Of a DNA stretch of 64,000 nucleotides, positions 11,542 to 26,310 are shown one piece after another (within the stretch, counting starts at the first letter, position 1; every line of letters starts with the position of its first letter). Location of the stretch: the NCBI GenBank assembly GCA_002189035.1, contig NEEC01000008.1, positions 1,860,001-1,924,000 on the forward strand. Direction: 5' to 3'. Below the pieces are notes generated by a model that searched no databases, was not told the origin of the DNA, and saw only the letters and a program-made list of their open reading frames with translations. A program made the position numbers and the translations under genes. The stretch is from Utricularia gibba (lineage: Eukaryota > Plantae > Magnoliophyta).

Positions 11542-14500
11542 TCATCGCCTTCGCATCCCACGGCCCCGACCACGGAATGCACCAGGACCTCTACCCATGG
11601 CACTAGCTGCAGCTTCACCTTGTGCACTCTCGGACTGTTGATGATGCGCATTATTTAACCAGGTTCAGGGTTTCAGAAGCAAGGCGACGTTGACAACGAA
11701 GACGCATAATCAGAATAGATACTCAATTTACCTTGGGATTTTTCACAGTTTCGTCAACACTTAAAACAAGGCACGCGGCCTCAGTAGCTGCATTTATAGC
11801 ATTAATCTGTAGGATAAAACCGACTTTAAGAAACTACTAAGCTTAAGGTAACAGACATCCACGTCAGAATTGGAAATGTGTATTCATACCTTCACAACCG
11901 CTGGCTCCCAGACGAAGTTGGCAAAAGAATCGGCAATGCCACCGGTATTTATGTCCACACCATAATTCCTACCTTCACCTGCAGGTAAATCCTACACCAG
12001 ATTAGCAAAAGCTCACCTTGTGTATAAAGAATCGAAAATTTCCACACAAAAAAACAAAGAAAAAATGGTTTGTATCTTTCTAAGAAGAAACCAAGTTGAT
12101 TTCACACAAAATGGTTCTGTTGAGGCATGCAGAAGCCTTTAGGATATTATCAACTCTAACCAGATGGAAGGGCATGTTTTTGTCTCAGCTTATTTAGGAC
12201 ATCCGTAGCATCAAAACCAGCATTATCACATAGTTGCCGTGGAATCACCTGTAAAGATTTCCACAGAAATTTCAACATTCAGACAAAAACTAGACGGCCC
12301 CCAGGACAAAAGTGAGATAAGTGAACATTCTTGGAAAAATTACCTCAAGTGATTTTGCATAAGAATTTATGAAGAGCTGGGATTTCCCAGCAATTGTCCG
12401 TGCATGCTGCCTCAAGTAGCGACTAATCTCCATCTAAACACAAAAACTATTAAAATCAAGATGCAACGTACGCCTTAAAATTATCATTTTGAATAACATA
12501 AGAAGATTCCCACATCAATAGCACCACCACCAGCGACAACAGTCGAGTTCTTCAACGCTCTCCTAACAATCATAATGGCATCATGAAGACTTCTCTCTGC
12601 CTCCTCAATGAACTATGATCATGCACAAAAATTATAAAAACCAATTTTATGATGGAACAACAGAAACCGTAATGAATAACCAAAATAGTAAGCTACCTGA
12701 TCTGCTCCACCACGAAGCACAATTGTAGCAGTTCGTCCAGATGGGCAACCACTAAATATATTAAATCTTTCGTTTCCAACTTGCCTCTCTTCAAATAAAT
12801 CACAACACCCAAGAATCTTTCATGTAGAAATGAATTTCGAAGCTTCAGAATCCAGTTATGTTTGTTAAAGGCCTATGCTTTAGAGTGGAAGGAATTACGA
12901 AGATGAAGGGACTACTTACCTCTTCAACTACATTGTTCACAGTTGTTTGAACTGTTCCACCAGTAGCTGCTGCAACTCGCTGCAGATCCTCCTCAGTTAC
13001 ACGACCAGCACAAAATATATCACGATCTGCAAAATACTAAACCCGAAAAGCCACAAATGCCTCCATTAGAGAACTCAATTCTTGAAGTTTCTTCACATGT
13101 CCAAGAACAGGAATAGTATCTCATTTACATCTGTATGACAAGGTTAGAACTAACCCGAGGAATTAACATACGCAACCACAAATGCAATAAAATTACCTGA
13201 GTTGCCAGGTCACCAATAGCAAGCCTTGAGAGAACAACCTTGGCTCCACTATTGACACACTTATCTAACTTATCATAAATTATATTCCATTCTGCATCAA
13301 CTATGGACTGATATTGCAATGGATCCGACAATCTGTGATAAAAAATTAATTACCATACGATAGAAAAGTAGTCCTGCATGTTGAAAACACTTAGAAAATG
13401 GTATCTAACCGAATCTCCGCATTTTCCTTCTCTGATTTTAACTCAAGTTCAATATTGAGCAGGAGTATCTTGGGATTCAAGAATTTTTTAGGTTGCTGCT
13501 CAAATCCAGCATATGAAAACGTCTTTTTGAATGCAACACCATTTACAAGAAAAGAGTCCCTCATGGTGCCACCAGGGACCTGAAAATATAAAGATAAAGT
13601 AAGACATAAAGGAGCACACAATGTCAAATGGAATACGTACAAACCTAGCTATTAAAAAGTACCTTCTTAATCCCAATCATGTTTAACCTATCATCATTAC
13701 CAATTGCAAGGACTGCATCAACAACCATGGTTGCAAAAAATTCTTTCTCGCCACCAATGAGCTTTGAAGACAATGTAGTTGCCGCACATTTGGCCAGCAA
13801 ACTTTTCTTCTCTTCCAAACTTTTACCTTCTATGGTGACAGCTATTTCTTTGATCTTCTCAATGGCCTGTTAATATTACATACCCAAAAATATTCCAGAT
13901 CATGACGAGTTACACATACCAAATTACTCATCCTAGAATGGATAGCTTTATATGTGACCTACCAATCGAGAGGCTGTTCTATAACTTCTTATGAGGTTTT
14001 GAGGGTGGACTCCATCTTCAATAAATGGCTTTGATTCTTTCAGGAATTCCCCAGCAAGCAGAACAACTGTAGTGGTTCCATCACCAACCTAGAAAAAACA
14101 ATCTACTTCTTCAATTCTGATGAAATTAGTGATAATTGCATCAAATAAAACCAACCTCAAATGTCCTAGTCAGTATTTTGGGAAATCAAACTAAACATCC
14201 ACACACATCAGGTACTACAGTTTGTTGTTCGAAGGGGGTACCACGAGTTCAAAATTTTTAAAGTGGAAACCCACCTCAGAATCTTGGGATTTGGCTATAT
14301 CTACAAGAATCTTCGCTGCAGGATGGACGATGTCGAGAAGCTTCATGATTGTGGCGCCATCATTTGAAATTGTAGTACTACCTTTCTCATCATGAATCAG
14401 TTTGTCCATGCCCCTTGGACCAAGGGTTGTGCGGACAACATCAGCAACAGCCATGCAGGCATTTATGTTGCTAACCAACTGTGCTTTCCCCTGGGATGTG

Positions 14501-14931
14501 TCCGTCCCTTCTTTGAGCAATATGATTTGGGGTTGCTGTTTTCAGCACGAATACCAAAACGAACAGACTATTAATTTAGAAATTAGAAAATATTAAAGCT
14601 AAAAAAATGTGACAAATAATATCATCCACTGTGAGTTAAATAAATCATATTAGCATGTGCCTCAAGGATAAAAAAATCATCAAATCTTGCCACTATGCAA
14701 TGAAAGTAAGAAAGTTCATCAATGGCATTATGCAACAGCATGTCATCGACTCCGCGAATGCTCGCTACATTGTCATTTTTGAATACCAGAAAAGCCTCAA
14801 AAAATGGATCGAGTAGCCAAAAAGCCCCTAATAAGTTTCAAGCGGCATTAATAAAAAATTATGCCCAAGGAGATTAAATTACATAACACAGTAATGCGCG
14901 GAGAGCTCGAGCTCACCAGCATGGCTGCCAT
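11542..14931 (-). CDS. CCT7: T-complex protein 1 subunit eta (chaperonin CCT7), multi-exon
   Basis: MAAML / [27 protein letters not shown]...[12 protein letters not shown]...ISNDGATI / [15 protein letters not shown] / [19 protein letters not shown]; C-terminus [13 protein letters not shown]. Confidence 0.98.
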
Positions 14932-15067
14932 TGTTAGCGGCAGGTAACCGAGTTCCCGGAGATTTGAGGATGTCGGAGAATCTCTAGGGCCTCAGACGTG
15001 GAGTCGAAGCACAGAGCGCCAAGGCTAACAAAGCGCGGAGTGAAAACTGAAACATGTTAAACTGATT

Positions 15068-15100
15068 TGGGCCACGTGATTTAATTGCCCTCAAGGCCCA
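15068..15100. promoter_or_regulatory. Site II (TCP) motifs and a G-box in the short divergent CCT7/RING promoter
   Basis: TGGGCC 15068-15073 overlaps CACGTG 15073-15078; GGCCCA at 15095-15100. They lie between head-to-head genes. Confidence 0.5.
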
Positions 15101-15854
15101 AATAGAGTAAATTGTGTGTAATTACAGCTGGTCGGCTAATGAATCTCTACACACAAGATAGGTATCAGTTTTTGTTCATGGATTTCGTCGTCATCAAGAA
15201 ACACAAAGCTTTCGTCGACCCGAAGTCTCAGCTGGATTGCCCTCTCGTTGGCCTCCATATCCCGTGCGCAGTTTGAATTTATGTCGCGTAAACGATGTTG
15301 CAATTTTAGTGCACCTGATATGCAATTTGTATATTACCTTTTGATTTCTTTGGGTATGAATTTGTAATGTTGTGCTCGTATTTTGAATTTTTACTCTATT
15401 GTGATGGGAATTGACGGATCATGAGGACCTATTAGGGCCGAGTTGAGAATGGCTTATTGGATAGATGAATAGGTTTTGAGTTTTGAGTAGGAATCCGCAC
15501 CCTGTTGTTAAGCTTCTCAGTGCAGGGTTTCAGCATCGGCTGAATTTTCTATCGTTTCACGTTCTTGATTGTTCATTCGTGCGAGTAAATTTCGTTGTTG
15601 AATTTTATTTTTAATGGGTACATTCAGATGAGCAGTTATGGTTTCTTTCTGTTTATTATATGTGGAAATGCCACATACTTGGAGTTGGGGATTTTTCTGA
15701 CATCGTTTACCTTTTTTCAGGATGAGAGGGTCAGCGAATCTGGTTGAAGTTACGGAAGGAAGGGAAGCATCGAAATTTTCCGTGATATTGTTGTTAGTAT
15801 TAGCTGATCTGTATACTTGAAGAAGAAAACAAAACCAGGTGCCTTTTTTTAGGT

Positions 15855-17563
15855 ATGGAGCGGGAATATCATAGTAATGATGGACATGTGATTAATATTG
15901 TTGGTAGAAGTGATGCATCTCCATCTAGCTCAACTCACGCAACGAATGGCGGGTTAGAGGATGAATTTCAGTCGTCTGCTAGTTCAAGAAATCCTTTGTA
16001 TGGACCACCGGAAATTTCATCTGTTTTGGAGGAGCAAGTTGGAAATATTCGGGGCAGGCAAAGGAACCCCTTAAATTCTGCTTTGTGGATATCAGTGGAT
16101 ATATTGCTGAATGTGAGCCAAATTATTGCTGCCGTTGTCATTTTGTATTTTTCAAAGAATGAGAGACCACGTGCCCCTTTGAGAACTTGGATTTTGGGTT
16201 ATGCCTTTGGCTGTTTTGGAATTCTGCCTCTTTTGTTTCTGCGCTTTAAACAACAAAACCAGGGTGCAGTTGAACGCCATATGGGTCGGAGTAATAGTCA
16301 CTCTGGGCCCTTTAGTGGGAGTGGTATATTCATAGAAGGGGCAGCTTTTCCAGCTGTAGGTGCCACAGACACAGTTGGTCAGGTCGCTGGGTCGCCAAAT
16401 CCAAGGTGTTTATTTCATTTTACCTTTAACTATTCCTGATTGTTGCATCAAACTCCATATGCCCATGTTTTTTTTCACAGTGGAGTACTCGCTGTTACAT
16501 ATCGATCAATATTATATGCTTCCTGATTTAGCTTCTTTGACATCCATGAAGTTCTTTATTGAGTCCATGGTTTGATGAAGTCAAGGATCAGCCAGTTTTT
16601 CAACTTTTTAGTTTGTTGATGCATTAGCACTCAAAATTAGCAATGAATAGTGATTGTTCTTTCTCCTGTGTCACTGCAGAAGCTGGTCTGTAAACTGAAA
16701 ATTCAAATTGCGCACCTTTTGATAACATATTGCACACGTTGAATATATTTTACTTTTCAATCTGCTAATCTCCCCACTCGGTAAGAAAACCCCATGTATT
16801 GATGCATGGTTTTATTCTTGTAGACTTGAGGCGTTTGTTGATTATATCAAGCTGGCTTTGGACTGCTTCTTTGCTGTATGGTTTGTGGTGGGCAATATTT
16901 GGGTTTTTGGATGGCACTCATCAGCTGCTGAAGCGCCTTACTTGTACAGGTACCCGAAGTACTTTTGCACGCATCCTTTCCGACTAGTTCCCCCTCCTCA
17001 CGGTTCCTTTTTCCCTTTTCAGGTTGTGTATACTATTTCTTGTCTTAAGCTATATTGGATACGCCATGCCTTTAATCGTCTGTGCCACCATCTGCTGCTG
17101 CCTCCCGTGTCTGTTATCTGTAATGGGACTCCAAGAAGACTTTTCTCTGAACAGAGGAGCAACTCAGGAGTCCATGGATTCTCTTCCCACCTACAAGTTC
17201 AAGGAGAACAAAGCTAAGAGTAGTGCAGGTGAATATGGCGTTCTGGGTGCTGGCACAGAACAAGAGCGCGCTGTCTCAGCAGAAGATGCGGTAAGCAGCG
17301 TCATATATCTTAATCCTGAACATCAAAACCGCATCATGTCTGAAAGTTCATCACTCTTCACTGCTTATCGAAGTAGCATTTGATTGTCTTCTTCCCAGGT
17401 CTGCTCAATTTGCTTGTCGAAGTACGTGAACAACGATGAACTCCGTGAACTCCGCTGCTCCCACTTCTTCCACAGAGAATGCGTTGATAAATGGCTGAAA
17501 GTGAATGCCTCATGCCCTCTCTGCAAAGCTGAGGTTGGTGGCACGCTTCTTGCTTCTTGCTGA
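15855..17563 (+). CDS. Transmembrane RING-H2 E3 ubiquitin ligase
   Basis: N-terminal NPLNSALWISVDI...PRAPLRTWILGYA; LDCFFAVWFVVGNIWVF; ICCCLPC...RGATQESMDSLPTYKFK; C-terminal RING-H2 CSICLSKYVNNDELRELRCSHFFHRECVDKWLKVNASCPLCK. Confidence 0.93.
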
Positions 17564-17803
17564 GGAAAGGTCATTTGTTCTTACACGTGCCATGAATTAG
17601 GAAATGTGCTCCATTTTCCTTTTGGACTGGTGTACGGAATATTGGAAAAAATTCTAAAATAGAATTTTAAATTACATGTAAATTGTAATTTATTTATTTC
17701 TTGGGGAATGATGAGTCACGTGACACAAGCAGACGGATTGAAGGAAGAATGCCCCTGGTTTGTGAAATCTGAACCGTCCGATTCGTCTTGACCTGCAACA
17801 TAA

Positions 17804-17906
17804 TTTGAAATTTTTCTCAACAAAGGATAATAATATTTGAAAATTTTCGACCGTTCTTTTGTTTTTCAAAAATTTCTGATTTCGCATCTCATGCCCCCAC
17901 TTTGAA
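17804..17906 (+). promoter_or_regulatory. MSA core and CHR-like TTTGAA motifs upstream of MYB3R
   Basis: GACCGTT (reverse complement AACGGTC) at 17849-17855; TTTGAA at 17804, 17836 and 17901; TTCAAA at 17865. These are short motifs, so the support is positional only. Confidence 0.45.
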
Positions 17907-18618
17907 CTCTTTGCCGGCCTCGCCTACGACTTGTTCACTTCCCAGACTTCAAGTTCGCAGATCCGAGTTCGTCCAGAGGTTATGTTATTCGAAAGGTTGC
18001 GGCAGATCCGGCGAACGCGAACTGAATGATCTTTTAACGCTTCGATATTTCTGGTGTTGGATTGGAATAGGACTAGCTCAGTCTGGTAAGATTTATTTGC
18101 TTGCCGTCGCGTCCTGCAGAAATTTTGTAGTATATGGAAGAGCATGATATCTACGGGCTCTGTTGAGGGGAACTTTGATTCGAACGAGTATATATTCTAT
18201 TGGTTGCTCGTTCATGTGCTAATGTTATTCATATTTTGCTGGCATGTGGATTCCTCCGATTTTTTTTTTTTTTTGAAATATGATTATTTTATGCATCAGA
18301 TTGAGTGTTTTGTTCATTAAATGCTAGAGAATGCATTGTTATTCTACTTGAAAAAATTTCTACCCAGCTAGCTTTCTCGTGCAATCCTAGACGTTTTTTC
18401 AGTTTGCTTAAGCTTAAGACAAGAAGCAGCAGAAAAGACACTGAATTATTCCAATATACGGCTCTTTCACAAAAAAAGGTCCTTTTGTGATGTCTACAGC
18501 TCAGAGTTAGACGCGTTGCTGTGGAAAAAGACAAATGGCTGTGCACCTTTAATGATTGTCTGGGCTTACAGCCATTCCTTGTGTAAGGATGTGTTCATGC
18601 GCTCCGTTTTAAGTACAA

Positions 18619-21600
18619 ATGGGAACCCATACGGAAAGTAGCCAAATACCATTTAAGGATTCCAGAAATGGCTCACACGGAACTAGGCCATCCAATGGGT
18701 AACTCTTTCAAGAACAATCAAGCTGATCCCTTTGAAAAGCCCCTCATCTTACAGTCTCTTTGGACATGCATGCAGTAGGACAAGTGGCCCCACAAGGCGG
18801 TCCACAAAGGGGCAATGGACTTCTGAAGAGGTTGATTGAGACAAATTCTATGTTTGTAAAGAATTTTCTTTAATTTTGTTAGATTTTCAGGATATGTGTT
18901 TAAACTTCTGAGCTCCTAACTGTCATCAAATTTTAAGAGCAGGATTAATGGTTCCCTCTGAGCTTAGGTTATCTAGAACAACATAGTTCACAGAGCTTCC
19001 TATCATAAGGGAAGGTCTCGGAGCTTTGATGGCTTTCAGATGTGCATGCATTATAGTGGAAATATTGTAACTTGTGAAAGATTTAGAACAGAATTTCATG
19101 ACTGCTTTCATGGAACTTTTTTCTACTGTTTCAGGACGAGGTATTAAGGATAGCTGTACATCGCTTCCAAGGAAAAAATTGGAAAAAGATAGGTAAAATG
19201 AAGTTTAGTTGTTGTCTTCATTTTTAACATGTCAGTAGAAGGTAGGGCGAGCAATTTTTTTAATGTTTGATGATAGAGGTTGTCTTCATTTTCATTTATA
19301 GCATAAGTTGATACTACGTGTGTGCATTTTTTCCATTGCTGTTTACGGCTGCCTATGGTTGGATATAGATTGTGTAAAAATATTAAAGTTGGCCTAAATT
19401 TACTTTTCTTCTATAGCGGAGTGCTTCAAGGATAGAACAGACGTGCAATGCTTGCATAGGTGGCAGAAGGTTCTAAATCCCGAGCTTGTCAAAGGTCCAT
19501 GGTCCAAAGAGGTCAGAAAGTCTTTCTTCTATTTTAATTATATTTGACATGTGATCTTGCAATGTTGTTCCTTAATTCATGCATGATCAGGAGGATAATC
19601 TAATAACTGAACTGGTGAAAAGGTATGGGGCCAAAAAATGGTCTACAATTGCACAGCATCTTCCAGGGCGTATAGGAAAGCAATGCCGAGAGAGGTAAGT
19701 TGACAACTTCTAGAAAACTTTAAATTTGGTGTACTTTCACTTTCATGATGTTGAATTATTACATTTGATTTCTATTTTAGTTATATTAGGTTTTTGCTTA
19801 TGCGATGATCTCTTTCAGGTGGCATAATCACTTAAATCCCAACATAATAAAAGAAGCTTGGACCCAAACTGAAGAATTAGTGTTGATTCGTGCCCATCAA
19901 GTTTATGGAAACAAGTGGGCGGAGTTGACAAAGTTCTTGCCTGGGAGGTACAAGATTTCTTTTCATAAAAAGGAAAATCACTGAAAGATTTATCAGCTGC
20001 ACCAGAATTCTTTCTTGTTGATATTGCTCATTTGGTTTTTGTTGGTTTCGATTATCAGAAGTGACAATGCTATTAAAAACCACTGGAATAGTTCAGTCAA
20101 AAAGAAACTGGACATGTATTTGGCTTCAGGACTACTTTCGAAGTTTGAAATCTCTCATCTAATATGCCATCAAGACCAATCAGCAGCTTCCTCTTCATCA
20201 AAGGCACAAAAAAGTGATGACAGCTTTGTTAGACTGGAGGGACTGCCTGAATGCAGTCAATATACAGGTGCTATCTGTTTGCCTCAATCTAAAGATGCCG
20301 CAATCACACATCCAGGAGAGAAATGCAAGGTGGCTGAAGAGTCCAGTCCTCCTTTATGCTCCGAATATCATTATGCTGGAGTAGAAAAAGCCGCAATTAC
20401 CATACCCCAGGAACAGAGTGAAGGTGGGGACAAGTCTCTTGAACCTGATCTATCTCTGGGTTCCGAAACCTTCTCATGGGAAGATTTGCAAGTAGATCCG
20501 AACGAGTTATCAGATATGCCTGTGTTGGGAATAGGTGGGGTACCACGTTTGCCTTTGGCTTCTTTAGCTCGCTCTGATTATTGGGAAGTGATTCCCTCTG
20601 GAAAGACTCCTGATGCGGAAGGGAATACAGATAACTTGCATAACTCTACAACAGTTCAGCTTCAGGAAAAACTCGTCTCTCAATCTTGTTATGTACCTCC
20701 TGATGCGTTGGGAACTGCATTTCTTCATTCATCAGCGAATGCCTCTTTAGTTGTCAATAAAAACCTTCATGACCAATTCGGTTACTCTTCACCTGAGAAC
20801 GCAGAGACATCAGTGACGCGCAGCACACATGATGGATTTATCTGTTCACAGGGATCTAATTGTTCTTCTCCTGATGATGAATTCTACAAGATAAAAAATT
20901 TACCGAGATTAGTTCCTGCTAATGACTTTGTTTTGGATCCTTCAAATGATTCTCAGTGTTCTCCTTCAAAGGAAGCTGATATTGAAGGAGATGAGCAAGA
21001 AGCTGGAATATTATGCTGTGAGCCATCTCGTTTTCCAACATTGGATGTGCCATTCTTCAACTGTGACCTTACAAAATCTGGTAGTGACATGCATCAAGAT
21101 TATAGTCCATTTGGTATCCGTCAATTGCTGATGTCCTCCATGACTCCATTAAATATCTGGGATTCGCCTTCTAGAGATGATTCCCCTGAAGCTATTCTGA
21201 GAAGTGCTGCAAAAATTTTCTCCAGCACACCATCTGTACTAAAGAAAAGGCATCGTGAATTGGTGTCTCCATTATCAGAAAAGAGGGAGGAAAAGAAGCT
21301 TGAGGGACCTTCAAAGCAAGAGCCAATCTCATGTTTAACCAATAATTTTTCCAGGTTAAACATGAAATTCTGTGAGGTTGTGTCTAAGGAAGGACAGTTG
21401 TCTGCATCTCCCAAAATGAGAAATATGGAAGCATCTTGTACAGGAAAAGAAAATATGCTGCCTTCTTGTCTCCAGACTGACGAGGAGTCGAGAAAAAGCC
21501 TTTTAATTTCTGAATCTAGTACTTCATCGAAGGAGCTTAAAGGCATCGAATTCTTAAACAAGACTAGTAACGCTGCTGTCATGGACTTGAGAAATGCAGT

Positions 21601-22821
21601 AAAAAATGTGAGAATTCTTCTTCCTTTTACCAGAAAAAAAGGGCACCTGGAGAACTGTATTCATATTAAGAAGTAGCTTGAAAGAACATAACTTCTAGTA
21701 ATCCCATTTTCATATACCGTGGGCCTGAATATGGTGGAGTGAAGTGATCCCTTCATGTGTTTTCCCTAAAAATGTGAAGTCAATGAGTCTATCTCTCTTG
21801 ATGTTTAACTGTCTGATCTGCTTTCATTTCAATATATGCAGGCAAACGATTATGCTGGTCTCCATGTTGAGCATCAAGTGAATTATCTGCAAACCTCCTC
21901 CGATCAAAATGGAATTAAGAATGACAGAGAAATTCGTATCAGCCCCAGTCAACCTGCAAATGGGAGTTGTCGAAGATTAGGATCTGTTTCAAAGCTGCTA
22001 CTTTTATCTTCATCTGAGGATGCACGTTTGTCAGCAGGCTGCTCACCTTTTGCGGGTACAAAGATGGGAGATGCTAATTTTCACCTTGCTACATGTCCTG
22101 GACAGCCACAGGTTGAAAGCACCTGCGCAGCCACATTCGCTGAAAGCAATGGAATGTGAGATTACAGCTGATCACTCCAACCTTTTATTTTCACTGTCTC
22201 AACCAATAATCTCTAAACTTTCTTCCATTTTGATCCGCTGCAAACAGATATATAGACACCCCTTTGAAGAGAACTTTAGAATCCCCATCCGCATGGAAAT
22301 CCCCTTGGTTCCTCAGCACTTTTTCCCATGGTCCCAAAATCTATGGGGATGCAACATTTGAGGTCTGTAATATCTTGTGCGCTCATTTAAACCTCTACTG
22401 TCGCACGTTGATATATGCATTGTGATTCAGGATATTGGCTACTGCCTTGCTGGGGACTGTAGCTATGGCACACTTGGGTTGATGAAGCGACTAGAGGAAC
22501 ATGCCGCTGCCACTTGCACTGATGTTCAGGAGGCTTTGACAGTTGACACTCCAGATAAGACCTTGAAAGAAAAATGCAACGAACATAGGAACAAAGAGGA
22601 GAGTCCGAGTCAAAGTTCCCAGATGCAACAAATACCACCTTGCCCACCTTCAACTTTCATGGTATGCTTGCTTTCACCTCTACCTTTTCTTGTTCTTCCC
22701 CCACTGGTGTTTCACGTAGGATTCAAACTCTTGGCCTTCTGAATTGCAGGTAGAGAGACGTGTCCTCGATTTCAGCGAATGCTCTTCACCTGAAATCAGA
22801 AAGGCAAGTTTCACTAGCTGA
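18619..22821 (+). CDS. MYB3R: R1R2R3-MYB transcription factor, activator type (MYB3R1/4-like)
   Basis: MGTHTESS...RPSNG / RTSGPTRRSTKGQWTSEE / DEVLRIAVHRFQGKNWKKI / AECFKDRTDVQCLHRWQKVLNPELVKGPWSKE / ...GRIGKQCRER / WHNHLNP... / SDNAIKNHWNSSVKKK. The C-terminal blocks ESPSAWKSPW, LGLMKRLEEH and ERRVLDFSEC are typical of the activator clade. The exact last codons are less certain. Confidence 0.95.
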
Positions 22822-23943
22822 GACTCTTGTTGCATCTCTTGTGCAGTGCGGGTGGACTAGAGAGCACTGCAGTAGAGCGTCTCGTCTCCCCTGTACAAAA
22901 ACCTTTTTTGAAAAATACGTTCTCTTTAAAAAAATTTCAAGTTACTCAAATACGTACGTTATAACCAGGTTACATGGGTATCATGATACACAGCTGATAT
23001 CCGTGTAAAATACATGATTATTTTAAATTTAATAAAAAAATATGTATTTAATTTAAAGTAAAAAAAATACTTTATATTAAAGTATTTTTAATTAAACACA
23101 TGTATATTAATTTGTGATTAATGAATAATTTTGTTATTAAAGATAGTAATGTAATGATTAAAAAATTAATTTCTAATATCTATCAACCAAGCATATTACT
23201 CCAATAAATAAAACTTACTCGTCAGATACAAATTTTATCTTAAATTGATAAATAAATGTTTATTTAATCCCTAGAAATTTGAAATTCTTTAAATATAAAA
23301 ACTCTAATGTACCTATTAAAGTGGGGCCCGGATTGGCCTGTACTTGGTCGGTCCATTTCACCGGTGGGCCCATGCGTGATTTTTTAATATGGAGGCTCCG
23401 TGGGTTCGGGAGTCATGATACGATGTCTCCGGGCATGCTGCGATTCGAGTCTGTCTCCGGCGGGGAAGAATTCGAATCTCGTATGTGAGTTTCAACAGAA
23501 TTAGGACGCGCCGAGGGCACCTCGAGACCGCGATCCGTTTTGCAAGCTTCACCGTTAGCGCCGCCTAAACCGTGTCCTCGTTTCTGGCATCTATCTTTGA
23601 TCTAAATCCCCTCCTATGTGTCGATCCATGATTTCTGATGGAGCTCTTCCCTGTCGGAGAAAAGTGGTAGAATATAGAAAAACCTGAAACCTGGAGGATG
23701 AAGTCAATGTACTTCAGCCACGGGAGGGAGGAGGATGAAGGCAATGTCTAGACTAAAATATAACCGCTCATGAAATCAATTGAGCTTCTCTTCGTTCAAT
23801 CCAAAGTTCAGGATCTTTATATGACATCCAATTCTTCCGTACAAACCGTAATTCGGGACGATCAACCCATTTGGGTTGAGGCAATCGAATCGTCAATCTC
23901 TTTGGTATGATTCAGCTGGGCTGTCGGGTGTCAAAAGGGGAAG

Positions 23944-23952
23944 AAACCCTAA
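23944..23952. promoter_or_regulatory. Telo-box AAACCCTAA
   Basis: Exact AAACCCTAA at the edge of an unexplained GC-rich island. GGGCCC site II-like motifs occur at 23324 and 23365. Confidence 0.4.
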
Positions 23953-24566
23953 ACCCCAAATACATTAATATTATATTATTTGCATTCATTTTTCTAGAAG
24001 GACCCTTTTAGATATTGGGCAGGGCGAGTGAGTGGGCGTGGCCGCTTCACCTTGTGGACCGAATCATGTGGCAGCAGCAGACAGATAAAAATGATGATAA
24101 TGAACAAGTACCAGTACTGCTCCTGAAAGAGGTTTAGGTCGTCCCTCCCTCTGTGATGTGATGAGAAAGTACCACCCAAAAGCTTGTTTTGGGCGTGGGT
24201 CTTGTAACAGTACATGGGTTGTTCCAAGACTTCTGGCTGTGTGATATATAGTACGGCTTCTCGGACATGTGGTCATGAGGGGCGTGCTGTATGTAAATAA
24301 TGGAGAAGATGATAGATGCAGGCAGAATCAACTGATACATTGAAGAGAAATGGAGCCAAAATGTCATGGTACATGTAAGGAAATGCAACTACACAATTGG
24401 GTAGGTAGCATGGGAGGAGCCGGATGAAAAAGGGGGGCAGAGTCAATGTATTCTGAGTCAACAATCGCTTCAATGACACCAAGCAATCAAAGAAGTTAAA
24501 ATATATTTGTATCAGACGCAGAAGACCTCTCCACCTACCAACCAGCACATAAAGTTGAATCGCACC

Positions 24567-26310
<1,744 letters not shown>

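Noticed and set aside
23935-23960. AAACCCTAAACCC as a possible telomerase RNA template
   Set aside because: No USE/TATA type-3 promoter found upstream and the flanking sequence is AT-rich; better explained as a telo-box.
24089-24126. ATGATGA...CTGA resembling a C/D box pair
   Set aside because: The span is under 40 nt, too short for a snoRNA, and there is no guide complementarity.
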